A stretch of 64,000 nucleotides of DNA from Octopus sinensis (GCF_006345805.1 NW_021826031.1:248001-312000), one strand, 5' to 3'. Numbered from the stretch's first letter, positions 26,178-39,113 are shown. Notes: generated by a model from the sequence alone, not told the origin. Program-made: numbers and translations.

Positions 26178-26263
26178 GCCTAGCTGATCCTTGGTGTCCA
26201 AGGTACGGGCTTCAAACCCGTGGCCGGTTGACACCGGAGTGGTTCGATTCCAGTTAATGGGCG
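26178..26263 (+). tRNA. tRNA-Sec (anticodon TCA)
   Basis: Collinear with metazoan tRNA-Sec: 6-bp D stem CCTTGG/CCAAGG, 6-bp anticodon stem TACGGG/CCCGTG around CTTCAAA, long variable arm CCGGT/ACCGG, GTGG-TTCGATT-CCA T arm, 9/4 spacing, discriminator G, then TTTT. Confidence 0.88.
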
Positions 26264-26599
26264 TTTTATCTATGTAAAGCTTGATCAATTCTCTCGTTCC
26301 AATAAATAAATATCTTTTGCCGAAAAAAAAACTGTGAAAAAGTAATAAAAATAATAGACAGATAATTAGAACTAATTTAGACAGGCCAGCGAACAAATTG
26401 AAAACAATTTCCTTGGAGAATGGCAAAAAGTTCATCTGAAATAACCAGCTGCCAAAGAGGCCTCCAAAAATATTTTCCCGTTGTAAAAATGTCCTTTTTG
26501 GAAATTTATATGTTTTTAGTTAGCATTTTTGAAAGTTTAACTCCAATCACAAGACATCAAATGCTTTAATAAGTTTTTGAGTGATATAAGTTTAAAGTT

Positions 26600-28070
26600 T
26601 AACTTCAATCACTTGCATAATTCTGTTGTCATTACTAGAAATCAGTTTCTGAACTCAAAAACGGATTTTTAAAAATTAGCCCGTGATGGGGAGACGATTG
26701 AGGTAGCCCAGGGCATAAGAAAAGACATTTGGATGCACGGAGTGATGTGGTCTTGGAAGAGGGGATGGTGGACTGAGCGGACTCCTGTGTATATGGATTT
26801 TCCTGTTTAGAAATGATTCGGATCCATCGATATACAAAGTCTAGTAGTTTATTGTGTTCGAATGATCTGATGCCCTGAATGGAAATTTGATTGTTTATCT
26901 GTTTGGACATGGTTGATCTGTTTTTCGGAAAAGGTATTTTTAAGAGTGGTCTCAATTGGTCCGAAGAGTGGAGATGATATGCCTTTCGTTTTTTTCACAG
27001 GGAAACACAATGTTGTTGGGTGTCTAGGATCTCTGAGGAATTGTAATCCACAAATTTCCAAGTGATGCCAGACGGGGAAGATCCTGGATTCCCAGTGGAT
27101 GTGGTTGATAGGCGTTGATGGAAGACATCCAGTGACTGTATGCAAGCCAGCTTTCTGGAGGCGCTGAAGTTTTTTTAAGTTCGTAATGGATACATTTCAA
27201 GACCAGCATGGGGTGGCATGATTCAGGGATGTTCGAACAAATTGTTTATATACAATTAATAGGCTTTCTATTACTTGACTATAGAATTGGCCCGATATGG
27301 CTTTTAGGGCGTTTAGTTTGCGCTTTACTTACTGCATGTGAAGTCAATGTTTTGAGAAAAGGTGAGGCATTAGTCAAAGATGACCCACAAAATTCTTAAA
27401 TTTTTGAGGGTGGGTAGTTTTTGTGTGTTATGTAGATCAGGGGTTAAACTGTCGCCGTTCAGAAAATTTGAGTGTGCTTGATTAACTAAAGAATTAATCT
27501 TTTGAGGATTTTTGAAATTATGGAGAAGATAGAGATCGGTCTAAACAATTCAGGTTTACATAAATCCTTGTTTGGTTTGAGGATTGGAATGATGATTGAT
27601 TTTTTTATTTCATAGGTATTATAAAAAGAATTTAATGATGAATTCATAATATTTGATAGCGCCTTCAGCCCCCATAAATCTAAATTCTTTAGGTGGAGGC
27701 CATTAGGTCCCCTGGCGCGTGAGTTTTTTTTGCATTTTTGATCCGCTCGCACATTTTTTAGGAAGAAATAGTAATTAGATCTGAGTGTTTTTTCTTGTCA
27801 AAGAAGGGACTTCGGTTGCGGTTATTTTTGTTTATTTTATTTGGCTAATTTTCTGGTAGTGGTTGATGAGAGTGTTTGTCTGTTCGAGGAATTTTTTTCT
27901 TTTGTGTTTATTGTTTAGACACGATTTTGAATTTAAGTTTCTCTTGAATAAGGTTGATTATTTCTCGGTTTAGGAGAGGTTTTTGGTCATTGAAAAATTT
28001 TCTTGGTGTGAATTTTCTTAAATTTTAAACTCAATGTTTTTGATGTACGATTAACTACTCTTTTATTTTA
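26600..28070 (-). mobile_element. I/Jockey-like LINE with RT core deleted
   Basis: ARGPNGL...IIPILKPNKD...FRPISIFSIISKILKRLIL jumps to VIFD.CLTFSQ...KRKLNALKAISG...VYKQFVR...TGCLPSTP. Confidence 0.8.
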
Positions 28071-28089
28071 ATTATCAACACAAATCAAT

Positions 28090-29700
28090 CATTTTAATCA
28101 CATATTTTATCCTTATTAATTAAATGTTCCCAGGCTCGCTGAATTTGGTCAGGACTCAAATAATGTGACGAGATGATTTGTTTAAAATTACAAAAGTTTC
28201 CAGAGTATCTCACAAAATTGATTCCATTGTGGTGTATGAGACTGACATCCGTGTTCTTAATGCACATACCTGTAATATATATATGTAGCATTTCAACCCG
28301 TTATGTAAATGTCCTCAAACTTGATTATATTGGAAAAGTCACAATTTTCACAAAAGTCAAAAGTTGCAGATTTAGCCGCATATACAGTGGGATGAGATAT
28401 GTGATTCCAGTGTAGAACCACTTATCCGGTGTGTATTCACCATGGATTATCTTGACTAGTTCTTCACACAAGTGATCATGAATTGAGGTAATTTTTTAGA
28501 AAGAAATTATACACCCCATTACAACCGCTAGCTCTCCAGTTTGGGAGTTGTTTAATTATTTCAAGGATGCTTTCTTTACTAAACTCTGCAAATGTATCCT
28601 CTGCCCATGTCACTCTCTTGTTAATATGTAACACATTATCGCTCTTCTCATTTCTACTCCATATTTTTTTCCAATATGATAAACATTCACTGTTATTAAA
28701 CATAAACTCTGCACTCTTTTTTTCATCATTTAAACTGCGATAGAAACAACGCCGATTCAGTTCAAAGAACCAATTCTGTTTCCGAAATTCTTTTCTTGCA
28801 TCATGGAGTCGAAGTTTTTTCTCAACAATCTTTATTTCGTCTCCAATGCAAGCAGAAATTCTTCCAAGTTCTCCTTTCTTTGCCTTTCGATATCCATATT
28901 CACTCAGCGTATCCCTCGTTGCATTATCAAACTTCAAGCTTCCTTTTTGATCAATAAGTGTATTAGTCTGTTGGTATTGTTCTTTAAGTTTAATTAGTTT
29001 TGCTTCCATAATTCCTTTCCAGTTGTTATTCTTAGGAGAGTATTTTGTAAGAGCTTGGTATGTCAGCTGTGCAGCATAAATGATATCGGTGATATCATTC
29101 AAATTGACAGGAGGGTTGGTCTTTATATATTCATTAATCACTGCATTTATTCCAGACAATATTTTTTTTAAGTAGTTGATATGGGACTTTTTTGGTCGGC
29201 TTTCGTTTTTTTTGAGAGATAGATTTTACTTGCTCTATTCGGGAAGAAAATTCAATTGAGCAATCTCTAAAATTAGAGATCTCAGTCTTGTGATTCTTTT
29301 CTTGATCCATTGGAGAGTTAGACTTTGTTCCCGTCATCTTAGCCAGACTGTTCACGTTCGCCACAGATTTGGACGTGAGGAACTTTTCGTTAAAAGCCTG
29401 AGTAATCATAGGCCATCCACCACGTGGTATTCTTTTGAATCTTGCTCTAGAAACGTTAACCACTTCATTCGCCCATTTGATCATGTCCACCTGCGTTACT
29501 TGATCGATGATAGCCCATAGAGTTAACAGATTAGCAGGACAATCCGGTTGCAACACCGAATTTGGAGGGGGAATATCAGATTCTTGCGTTCCAAGCTGCC
29601 CACGGACCACACAATTTACGTTATTATTGGTTTCTCATTCATTATCTTTCGTAGATAGGTCCATTGGAAATGTTTCATTAATACCCAGTAGAAACAAACA
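28090..29700 (-). mobile_element. R4/Dong-like LINE, 5' region to start of RT
   Basis: RKPTKKVP, DITDIIYAAQ, ARKEFRKQNWFFELNRRCFYRSL, YWKKIW, LPNWRASGCNGVYNFFLK. Confidence 0.7.
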
Positions 29701-29720
29701 TGCACGTAACAACAAGAATT

Positions 29721-31927
29721 GTCTATTTCTATATTTTGCTTTAACATAAGTCAGACATGACGTGGCCATTTTACAGTAATAAGTAGTTTGGAATGCAAGT
29801 ATTGATTCAAATGCAGTTTTACAAAAAATGGGCAATTCTTTCGCCATTTGACACTTATTATTAGAACCAAAATCACCGTCCAAAACATAAAACTAATTAA
29901 TCAGGTGATCCCGGCTTCTCTGAGGAGGGTCCTCATCTTTGCCCGGGGCTCCTCCCTAGTCCCGACACAATTTCTGTTAAGGCGTGATGGTGGAGTTTTA
30001 GGGCCTATAGACCGGAGGTTTCTTTCCAAGATTTCTTTAAATGGGGCGATGAAAAGATGTTCATTCAGTCCTTGTGCTTTCTGAAAACTTTCTTGAGTTT
30101 TTTCGATTTTTACGCGGTTCGTTTCACTGACAAACCCTCCCCACACCCCAAAAGCATAACTAAGGGAGGGTTCGATGTATTGCCGGTATATTGATTGGCA
30201 TGTGGGGAAGCTGATCCATTGTTTGCATTTTCGGAGAAACACTTTTAAGATGTTCAGTTTCTTCATGCAACTGGTAGTAACATTTTCAACTTGTTGGGAG
30301 AAATACATATGACTATCGTAAGTCACGCCGAGGATTTTCTGGGATTTTTTAAAGGGGATTTCCATGTTGTTTAGATATAAGTTCCTTGCTGAAGTCAAGC
30401 TTTCTTGCTGAAGTCAGGCGGTAAGTCATATTGTGGCTGAGAGGCGAGCGTGTGTGCGGGACTAAAAAGGCAGGAATGCAGATGTCTTTATCTACCCTCT
30501 ACTAACAGCCTCTATTAAAAAAATATTTTCCTTCTTTCGTGGACTACTTTTAAATACTGTTTTGCACAAAAAAAATTTATTAACAGATTATAGTAAGCTT
30601 CGGATTATCGAGAAATTATCGAGTTAATTACGGCTGCGTTGCCAAAGAATGTATCCGTGTGATTCCAAAAAGTATATTAAAGCACTTCTCAGGTAAAATG
30701 ATTTTATATATACTGATCTCTATAATATTAAAAAACAAAACTAAACTAATATTTGCAAATAAGCGTTGTCCGATTCTTCATTATATAATTGATGGTTTTT
30801 TACGGCGTTCTGCAATATTGTTAAGATATTACTGTCATATTTATTATTTGTTGAAAATAAGTCTCCAAAAAAGAGGTGGTAAAATTATTCATCTCGATAT
30901 TCTCCGAACAATGATTTAAAATCACGTTATAATAATCAACCTGTTATAAATATGCTTTTGATTACCTCCAATTTAAAGAAGTATGTTTCATATGGTGTGG
31001 CAGAGGATCCTTGGAATTTAATTAATTCGTAACCTTTCTCTGTGATATTACCATATAAGCAGTTAATGCAGTATTCAAGGGCCACTTCCTAGCAATTTAA
31101 AAATATAATAACATACTAGAGGATAGATACCATCGATATTTGGCACTAGATATGAAAAGTAATAAACTTACCAATATCAGAGCCTCCTCCATGAATCAAA
31201 TTATGTATTTTTTTCTACAATTAGTTATAGGAACGTAACCTACCCCACAATCGATAGAAATATTCCTATCAATTTTACTTAGATCAATATGAGAAACGAA
31301 TTGTATTAACGAACGGGTTAATTCACCCTAAAATATTAAACAAATATCAAAACAATGCATTCCGTGTCATTATATCTCTGTGTGGAGAGAGCCTGGTGAA
31401 TTATCAAAAAAGTGAGAAACATTAAAAAAAAGTTCGGCAATTCAAGTTTATATTTTTCTATTTGGAGCATTTAATTAGAATTCCATTCCTGAAAATTATC
31501 AAAAGCCTATTTTGGCTTGTTTTAATGGGTTCATGTTAAAAAACATATGGACAGTAATTGTTTTATTCGTCTATATCTTATTCTGTGATTTAACTGGGCA
31601 ATTCTTTACTTTTTTCTGATTTTAGCTTTTTAGACGAATTCAAAAAATTTGAATAAATATTTTAAACAATGTAAAGAATTTGGTTTTTAAAAATGATTCC
31701 TGTTCAATGACAGCAGAAAAAAATCACTTGTTTACTAATTCTTTGGTTCAAAATTTAAATATATAAACAAAATTAAAAAATCTACATAATATTATTTTTT
31801 TAATCAGTGCCTCTGCTTTAAGTCGATTCTCCTTTTCTTATAGTCCGAGTCAATGTCTTTGACGGGTACACTTATCTATTTTACTGCGCAGGCAACTTTT
31901 GTGGTTGTTCTCGAGTCTGATTCTATG
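29721..31927 (+). repeat. Direct duplication copy 2 (partner 21710-23897)
   Basis: Collinear with copy 1; left junction against the R4-like LINE, right junction against the POR fragment. Confidence 0.9.
30821..31470 (-). CDS. Orphan spliced gene, ~170 aa, signal-peptide-like N-terminus (not in ORF track)
   Basis: Five GT-AG introns of 25-29 nt (incl. 31215-31243, 31146-31171, 31089-31116, 30941-30965) keep one frame: MLQIEKYKLELPNFFLMFLTFLIIHQALSTQRYNDTECI|GELTRSL...DCG|KKIHNLIHGGGSDI|VPNIDGIYPL|EVALEYCINC...TPYETYFFKLE|VDYYN... True stop uncertain. Confidence 0.55.
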
Positions 31928-31934
31928 ATTTCGC

Positions 31935-32790
31935 GAATTCTTTATGAAAATTAAAATCCGTCAAACTCTGATTCTTTCTCCTGGCCTGTTTCTCCCTCAA
32001 AAAACCCAAAAAGGAGCGATTCCGGTCCCTGGCCCGATCATGATTATAGCCAGAGAAGGCCTTTTCGGTAATTTAAAGTTGGATCTCCAAGACCTCTCTT
32101 CTAAGGGGGGAAGTTATGTCAACATAGTGTAATAGTGCTGCTCGGTAGGTGGTCAGGCAGGAAAATGTATTTTTATGCTTTAAATCATCTAAAATCATAA
32201 AGAAATAAGACCCACCATCAATGCTCTCAAATGTAAAGACGTGATCCAGATCCACATTAAGGATCTCTCCCAGTCTCTTTACCACAGACGGGTTATTAGT
32301 AGGATAAATCCAAATATGGTCCCCTGCAGTATATCTAAGACAATTAGCACAGTCAAATCAAAACTTGCAGAAAAGAAAATCCTTTCCCCCCACGACCGAG
32401 TCTCAGTCTGTCCATATTCCTCCACATAAAGGGGTTGTAGGAGTCATAAATACTACAATTTGGTCATAACAACCCATCCCAGTGTTTCACGAGTAGAAAT
32501 CTGATAAGTGAAGTGTTCTACGTCGTAGGAGTGCTTGATTAGGCGGAAATATCTTTTTCTAAGCATATTTATTTAAAGATGCCACATTTCTTGTGTCTCG
32601 ATTAAACCAAAGAGGTCGAAAATCCGTGACATGAGACGAGCCTTCCAATGTATAAAATCTCCTTCAATGCTTCGAATTTGTGTGCTTTAGTTTTACTTGT
32701 CATTGCTGTCACCCAGACCCATAAAATATTTATAAAATTGTTCAACAATAAAAGATGAAATATCACTTGTCTGCTTATTCAAAGATGGAG
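31935..32790 (-). pseudogene. POR: NADPH-cytochrome P450 reductase fragment
   Basis: GLGDSND|[50 protein letters not shown], then directly [17 protein letters not shown]. Internal deletion, stops, and both ends missing. Confidence 0.8.
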
Positions 32791-33117
32791 TTTGATTTTT
32801 TAGTAATGATTCCAATTTATTAAAATTCTTTTACTAAAAATTATAACCTCTTGTCTGGGAATTCCAAATTGTGATTTTATTTGACTCTGGTATGTTTACT
32901 GAGGTCGCACCTCTTGCATGTAATAAAAACAATGGTAAATAAAAATGGAAGAGAATTGCCAACATAATCGCTTTCTAAACGAAAAAGAGAAGTTACGAAC
33001 GATTTGGAATAAAAGATTTAGTTTAAAAAACATGTTCAAATTTGGTTCAATAAGATATATGATGCCAGCGCTGTGTTTTCAAAATGTCAACAAATTCATG
33101 AATAATTAAATATGATA

Positions 33118-35291
33118 CAGTAAAACCTCTGGTACTCGCCATTTTTGGGACCGAAGAAAAAATGGCGAACAATAGAATTTGGCGAGCAATGGAAATAATC
33201 AATAAATTTTTTGACTTTGAAATTTTGAAAACATTTCGGTTTTCGATACTTTCCGATCATAAGTGAGCCTTCCAAGTCATATTTGAGCAAAGAAACAAAG
33301 AGAATCGAAAGAAATTAAAAGGAAAAAATCAACTAAAAAAATCTTTAATAGTTTTTTTTAATTCAGCCATGTTTCTAATAACGGTGTCGATTAGTTCCGA
33401 CAAATTTATATCAAAATTTTCATTTTGATAAAAGAATGATTTTATTCTTTTCAACATTTTCAAAGCCTTTTCTAAATTCACATGAGATTCGTCATTATGA
33501 GTATCTTCATCGTCATATTTTTGTGGGAAAGAATCTCCAGCAATATTAAGGTATTCTTTAATTTCATCTATTTCGGTAAATTCATTATTAATAAAATCAT
33601 CTTTATCCACCGGGTCCAATATTTTCAAGATATTTACCATTTGATCATAATTATCAATTTCAACAGTTGGTTTTTCCAGGCAAAATATGTAAAAAAAGAC
33701 CATCTTTTAAGGTTAATTTTTTATGAGCTTCCAGTGGATTTTCTCCATTTTCAATTTTTTCTAACATAAACTCAAATTTAAGTTTATTAAAATGTCCTTT
33801 GAAGGATCTAATGCAGCGGTTCTCAAATGCGGCCCCCGGGGCCGCATGTGGCCCCCAGGATTTTTTTGCGGCCCCTCTAGAGCAACTAACTTTTTTAATT
33901 TTTTAATAATGTTTAAATTTAATTATTCATTCTTAAGGTTAAACATATCCATAATTAATGATTTCATTAATCAATTTGAAGCACGTTTTGGGGTACATTT
34001 ATATAAATTTAATTTTTAGAATTTTAAAGAATTCCTTCCTTTAATGAAAATATTCGCAACTCCATTCAGCGTGGAAATTAAGGATGCGCCTGCAAAGTTT
34101 CAACTAGAACTCATTAATTTACAACATGATATAGAACTGGCGGCATTGTTCAAAAATGCGTCCATTATTAATTTTTACGAATTAATTCCTCAAGACAAAT
34201 TCCAAAATATAACACACAATGCATATATGAATATATCAATGTTTGGATCTACATATTTATGCGAATCAATATTTAGTAAAATGATTCGAATAAAAATAAA
34301 TATCGTAACAAACTCACGGATAATAACTTGAGTCAGCTTTTACGAACTTCTTCGACTTTACTTATTCCGGATTTCAAAAACTTAATAAACAAATAATACT
34401 TTCTTTTTAGTTGCAACGCCTTTTGTAGAATTTTTAGCTTGTATTTCTTCATAAAGGAAATGGAAATTAAAAAAAGAAAAAAAAGAGTCCAAAAACTCAT
34501 TACTCATCAGCAGTGGCTGCATTTCGGATTGCAAGCGAGTTACCGGCTTGGAAAATATAAAAAATATATATAATATTTTTTGTGCGGCCCGCGAAGCTAA
34601 TCTTAATTATCGATTTGGCCCTTGAGCTAAAAAGGTTGAGAACCCCTGATCTAATGATTCCTTGATCCATTGGTTGTAAAATTGTTGTAGTCTTCGAAGG
34701 TAGGTAAAGAACTTCAATTGACTCTAAATCAGCTTAAAGTTTATGTGATGGGCATCGATATTAGCAATGTTCTTTTCTTTCAACAAAATTGAATTATCGT
34801 CCAGAAAACCCCATATAAGCTCAATGTATTCCATCCAAGTTAATAGTTCGGTATCAATAACAGAATAAGTTAAGTTAGACAATCTCTTCTTATTGGAGAA
34901 AATAGGATCAGTAGACATTATTTTCTCTTTTCCAAGTCTTAAATCGTTCACAGCCCTTCGAGATATTTTTTCTTGAAAACAGAAGAAGAAATGTAAGCTA
35001 TACGGTCCATCGTGAGACTTCTGCTCTCCTCCATGTACGTAATAATGCGATGTTTTTCATTAAAAGACAATCTTGTGCACTTATGCATGTTGAATTTAGC
35101 GTGGTTGAAATATTTATATAAAAAATAGTTTAACCAAAAAAAATATTTTTAAAAATTAATGGCGAGATTTAGAAAATGGCGAGCAATAGAATATTTATCA
35201 AAATTTACTAGAATTTTTTAATTTTTTGAAAAATATGTGGCGAGCAATAGAGGTGGCGAGTAACAGAGGTGGCGAACCAGAGGTTTTGCTG
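33118..35291 (-). mobile_element. pogo/Tigger DNA transposon (deleted)
   Basis: TIR CAGTAAAACCTCTGGT..TCGCC / GGCGAACCAGAGGTTTTGCTG, TA on both sides, GGCGAG subterminal repeats, CENP-B HTH and LMIGKYRKPKCF remnants. Confidence 0.88.
33814..34648 (+). mobile_element. Non-autonomous hAT inserted in the pogo element
   Basis: TIR CAGCGGTTCTCAA / GGTTGAGAACCCCTG; perfect 8-bp TSD ATCTAATG (33806-33813, 34649-34656); FGSTYLCESIFSKM motif. Confidence 0.9.
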
Positions 35292-35531
35292 TAATTCTTT
35301 GTGAAGTTTAACCCCAAATATTATTCAAAATGGTTATAAAAAATCAAGTAATAAATATAAAACAAACCATTTACTTTTTGTGGATGAAAAGCTCTGGACT
35401 TAAAAAAAATTAATTAGTTTCTTTTTCATTTTATTAATAAGAGCAATATTTGTGGATGAATAAAGTGAATGGATTCTTAACAACTGTTGGACAAAACATT
35501 AACAAATATTAAAAATAATTTCAATCAAATT

Positions 35532-36097
35532 TTATAATTTTTTATGTATTTTTGGAATATTAATTGGAATGGCAGGCCACAGCTTAGGATTGTGTGAATC
35601 GTAAATCCGGTCAAAAGTCATCCTCATGGCCGTCTCAAATTCGTGAATCATCTTTGTGGTATTATTGTCCCCGTAAATTTGAATCAACTCCTGCTCTCTT
35701 TCCTTTCCTGGCTGTATAACTGGAGTTGCCTCGCTGTGCACTACATTGAACATGTCAACTAATATCCATACATTACAAATACTACCCTGAGACATTTTTA
35801 TAACTTCAATCTCATCTGAATCTTATTATTATTTAAATAATAATAAATACCATCTATTTTTGTATCAATTTGTGTAATAAATTCTTTCATTTGCTCACTT
35901 AACAATATTTCTTGTTGGTCGCTGTAGTCTTGTTCTATTTCTAAGTCCATTTCATAGTTCTGATTCGATTCAATTGGAATATCTTCAGCAAAATCTGTCG
36001 GGTCGGGAGACTTTTTTAACTTGACGTTTTGTTTTTGGTTCATTTCAGAATTTACTCTGAACCATTTCCTCATTTCCTTAACGTGGGTCCAATACAT
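35532..36097 (-). CDS. GEMIN8: Gemin8-like SMN-complex protein
   Basis: C-terminal QPGKEREQELIQIYGD...IHEFETAMRMTFDRIYDSHNPKLWPAIPINI matches the Gemin8 tail; N-terminal YWTHVKEMRKW and LSEQMKEFITQ also fit. Confidence 0.75.
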
Positions 36098-36226
36098 GTG
36101 ATAACGTGAACAATTTAATTCAAATTGTTAAATATACTATTTGTGTGTTTAAAACAAATTAAAAATCTAATCAAAATAAAATAATTTTAAATAATAAGAT
36201 ATTAAATATAAAATAAAAATATATCC

Positions 36227-38524
36227 ATGACTACAATGAAAACGAATCAAATCAGAGAAGGCCAGTACACTCTTTGTATATACGAACTTGTACATTTCTA
36301 AGCCTATAAATACTCAGATAAAAAACAAAAAGTACAAAGAAGCAGTCCTAATTTTGAACGAGATATCCGACATGCATCCAAAGGTGGTCCCTATTGCCAT
36401 TGACCACAGTCACGTGCCGCCTTATCTCTTCTCGGCTACTGCTATTATGAAATGCAGGACTATGTCCAGGCTGCTGATATGTACGAAAGACTAAGCCAGT
36501 TGTATCCCAAAACTGCCCAATATCGTTTATATTACGCACAGTCGTTGCTAAATGCTTGTTTCTATGACGAGGCAATGCGAGTGGTGAGTAAAGTGGAGGA
36601 ATCGGATTTCAAAGACGAAGTAAAATCACATACCCTAATTCTAAGACATTTAGAATTCGTTTAGCTGTTTTTTACGCAAAAAATGATTTGCAAACATGTA
36701 GAGTTAGTTAAATATATTCAAACATAGGCCTTATTACTTGAAAGCAACCACAACGACCTCGACTCTGTCCTCAAATATGGATGTATATGCTACAAAGTAA
36801 GTCCCATGTTACAATCACAGGACGGCCGATACCACGACAGTCTGAAATATTTTGAAAAAGCTGTCTCTATCAATGGATCTACTCCAGAACTGCTATATAA
36901 CATGGCAGTCTGTCATTACAAACTCCAGCAATATGCAATGGCTTTAAGACATGTTGGAGAAATTGTAGAAATGGGAATCAGAGACCACCCAGGTCTTATT
37001 CTACAAAAAATTGTAGAACTCGGAATAGGATCGTCAAGTGATGGAATCGACATGCAGAGTGTTGGAAACTCCCTAATTCTCTACGATTCGGCAATAGTGG
37101 AGGCATTCAACCTGAAGGCAGCAATTGAATATCAACTAAGCAACAGTAATGATTTATGATTTGACGGAAATTAAGTTCAAGCAGCCAAAGAAGCCATTTC
37201 AGACATTCCTCCGCGTTTAGAAGAAGAGTTAGACCCCGTAACACTCCACAACACAGCTCTGGTCAACATGGACACCCAAGCCAATCAAGGATTTGAAAAA
37301 TTCCAATATTTATTACAGCAACCCACATGGCCCGAACATACCTTCTCCAATATTTTAATTTTATACTTAAAATACGGAGTTTGTAAGTTTGGGTCACTTT
37401 TAGCACTACGACGTGGCTGCCGACGTGATGGCGGACAACGACTACTATGTCGAACATTATTTGAGCACAGTATGGATGTTTTAGTCACTCCAGTACTTGC
37501 GAAACTTGCTTGAAGCGACCATTCTAAGCCGACAGTCTCCAGAAGAAGCTTACAAAAAACTAGAAGCACTGGCAGCCCAGGAAACGGATGTTTTAAGACA
37601 ACTTGGCAAAGAGGTGTTGTGAGTGTTTTAGTTTTAGGTACAAGAATGTCGTTCGCAGAGAAGTGACGAAATTTTGCGTAAAAAAGTGGACGAATATGAC
37701 GAGGCTTTGGAACGGTACGAAGAGAATTAAATAATTAGATTTCTGCCAATTTTGATGCAGCAGTCTAAAATTTACTGGGATGTAGAAAACTATCAAAAAG
37801 TCGAACGAATATTCCGTTCTTCGGTGGAATTCTGCAACGAAAATGAAGTCTGGCGACTCAATGTGGCTCACGTGCTGTTTATGCAAGAAAAGTACAAAGA
37901 GGCAATTAGTTTCTACGAACCAATCGTAAAGAAAAACTATGAAAACGTACTTTGTATGATTTCCATTTCAGACTGTCGACATAAGTGCAATAATTCTGGC
38001 CAATTTGTGCGTTTCTTACATCATGATCAACCGGAATGAGGAAGCAGAGGAAATTATGCGCAAGATTGAGAAGGACGAACTGCAGGCATGTTATGAGGAG
38101 CCAGAAAGGAGGATATATCACCTCTGCATTGTCAATCTAGTCATCGGGTTGGCAGTAGACACATTATTAGGACACTTTACTGCTCTAAAGGCAATTTTGA
38201 GTTTGGATTGTCCCGAGTGATGAAAAGCATGGAACCCTATCAAAAAAAACTTTCCGTTGACACTTGGTTTTATACAAAAATCACGTTTTTGTCGTTGATA
38301 AATCACCTGACTCGACAACTTGTGATAATCAAAGACATCATTATTGAGGACTGCATTGCCTTTCTGGAGAATTGTGAGGGTTATTTGTTGTAGAATAATT
38401 TTAAGAATATGGCCAGACAGTTCCCGCCAATATTGATTGTAAAAAATCAAGTAATCCAGCCAAAAACACGGTGAGTTATGAAGCTAGACTACTCAAGAGT
38501 TTTCTCTTGAGATTTTTAGATTAA
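36227..38524 (+). CDS. IFT70: IFT70/TTC30 (fleer/DYF-1) TPR protein
   Basis: IREGQYTLCIYEL, YRLYYAQSL, EAFNLKAAIEYQL, IPPRLEEELDPVTLHN, YWDVENYQKVERIFRSSVEFCNE, HLCIVNLVIG, NFEFGLSRVMKS, NTVSYEARLLK. Confidence 0.95.
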
Positions 38525-38623
38525 AATTTTGATTTTATTTGACTAAATAATGGAACTCTTTACCTTTTTTAATTTTATGTTAATTAAATTATTTATAATA
38601 AAATATAAGCGTTGTTGTGAGTC

Positions 38624-39113
38624 ATGGCTTCTGCATTTGTGACAAGTAGCGATCTTGAATATGTCGGCATAAAATTTTGTAAAGAATGGTATAATACTTG
38701 TAAATAATTATATTAGTAATAATATGTTATATGCCAAGGAAAACAAGGATGAAAAACGTCTATACTACACTGTATTTAGCCTAACTAACAACGCAGTGCA
38801 GAAACTGCGGATATTCCGTTCTTTCTGACAGTCCATGTCTCTTTGTGAATAAAATAAGACATGACGTCGAGTAAAATACCAATTTGTGTATTTAAAGTGA
38901 ACTGAGCCGCATTGTGAGTGATGTAATTACAGACCCCACACTCCCACGGACCCGTGAGCATCATTGTCCGCGATGTAATCACAGAGAGGCGGTGTTTTTC
39001 CAGTCCCGATCTGTACATCCTGAAGTATTTTGGTGTCGTTTTATGCTCAGGCTGCCATGAAATTATATTATGTTTGTACCAATATTAACTGCAAACACAA
39101 ATGGACTCAGTAA
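38624..39113 (+). CDS. POLR2I: RNA polymerase II subunit RPB9 (absent from ORF track)
   Basis: Four introns of 28, 25, 27 and 26 nt give [34 protein letters not shown]...[25 protein letters not shown]...[19 protein letters not shown]. Confidence 0.95.

Noticed and set aside
25600-26178. tRNA-targeting retrotransposon
   Set aside because: The same LINE 3' UTR at about 22430 and 30435 is not next to a tRNA.
21710-31927. LTR retrotransposon with 2.2-kb LTRs
   Set aside because: No TG...CA ends, PBS, PPT or gag-pol; the repeats contain host exons and LINE/hAT fragments.
32707-32722. GTCACCCAGACCCAT as the missing right TIR of the 20397 element
   Set aside because: It is the reverse complement of the POR codons MGLGD; coincidental.
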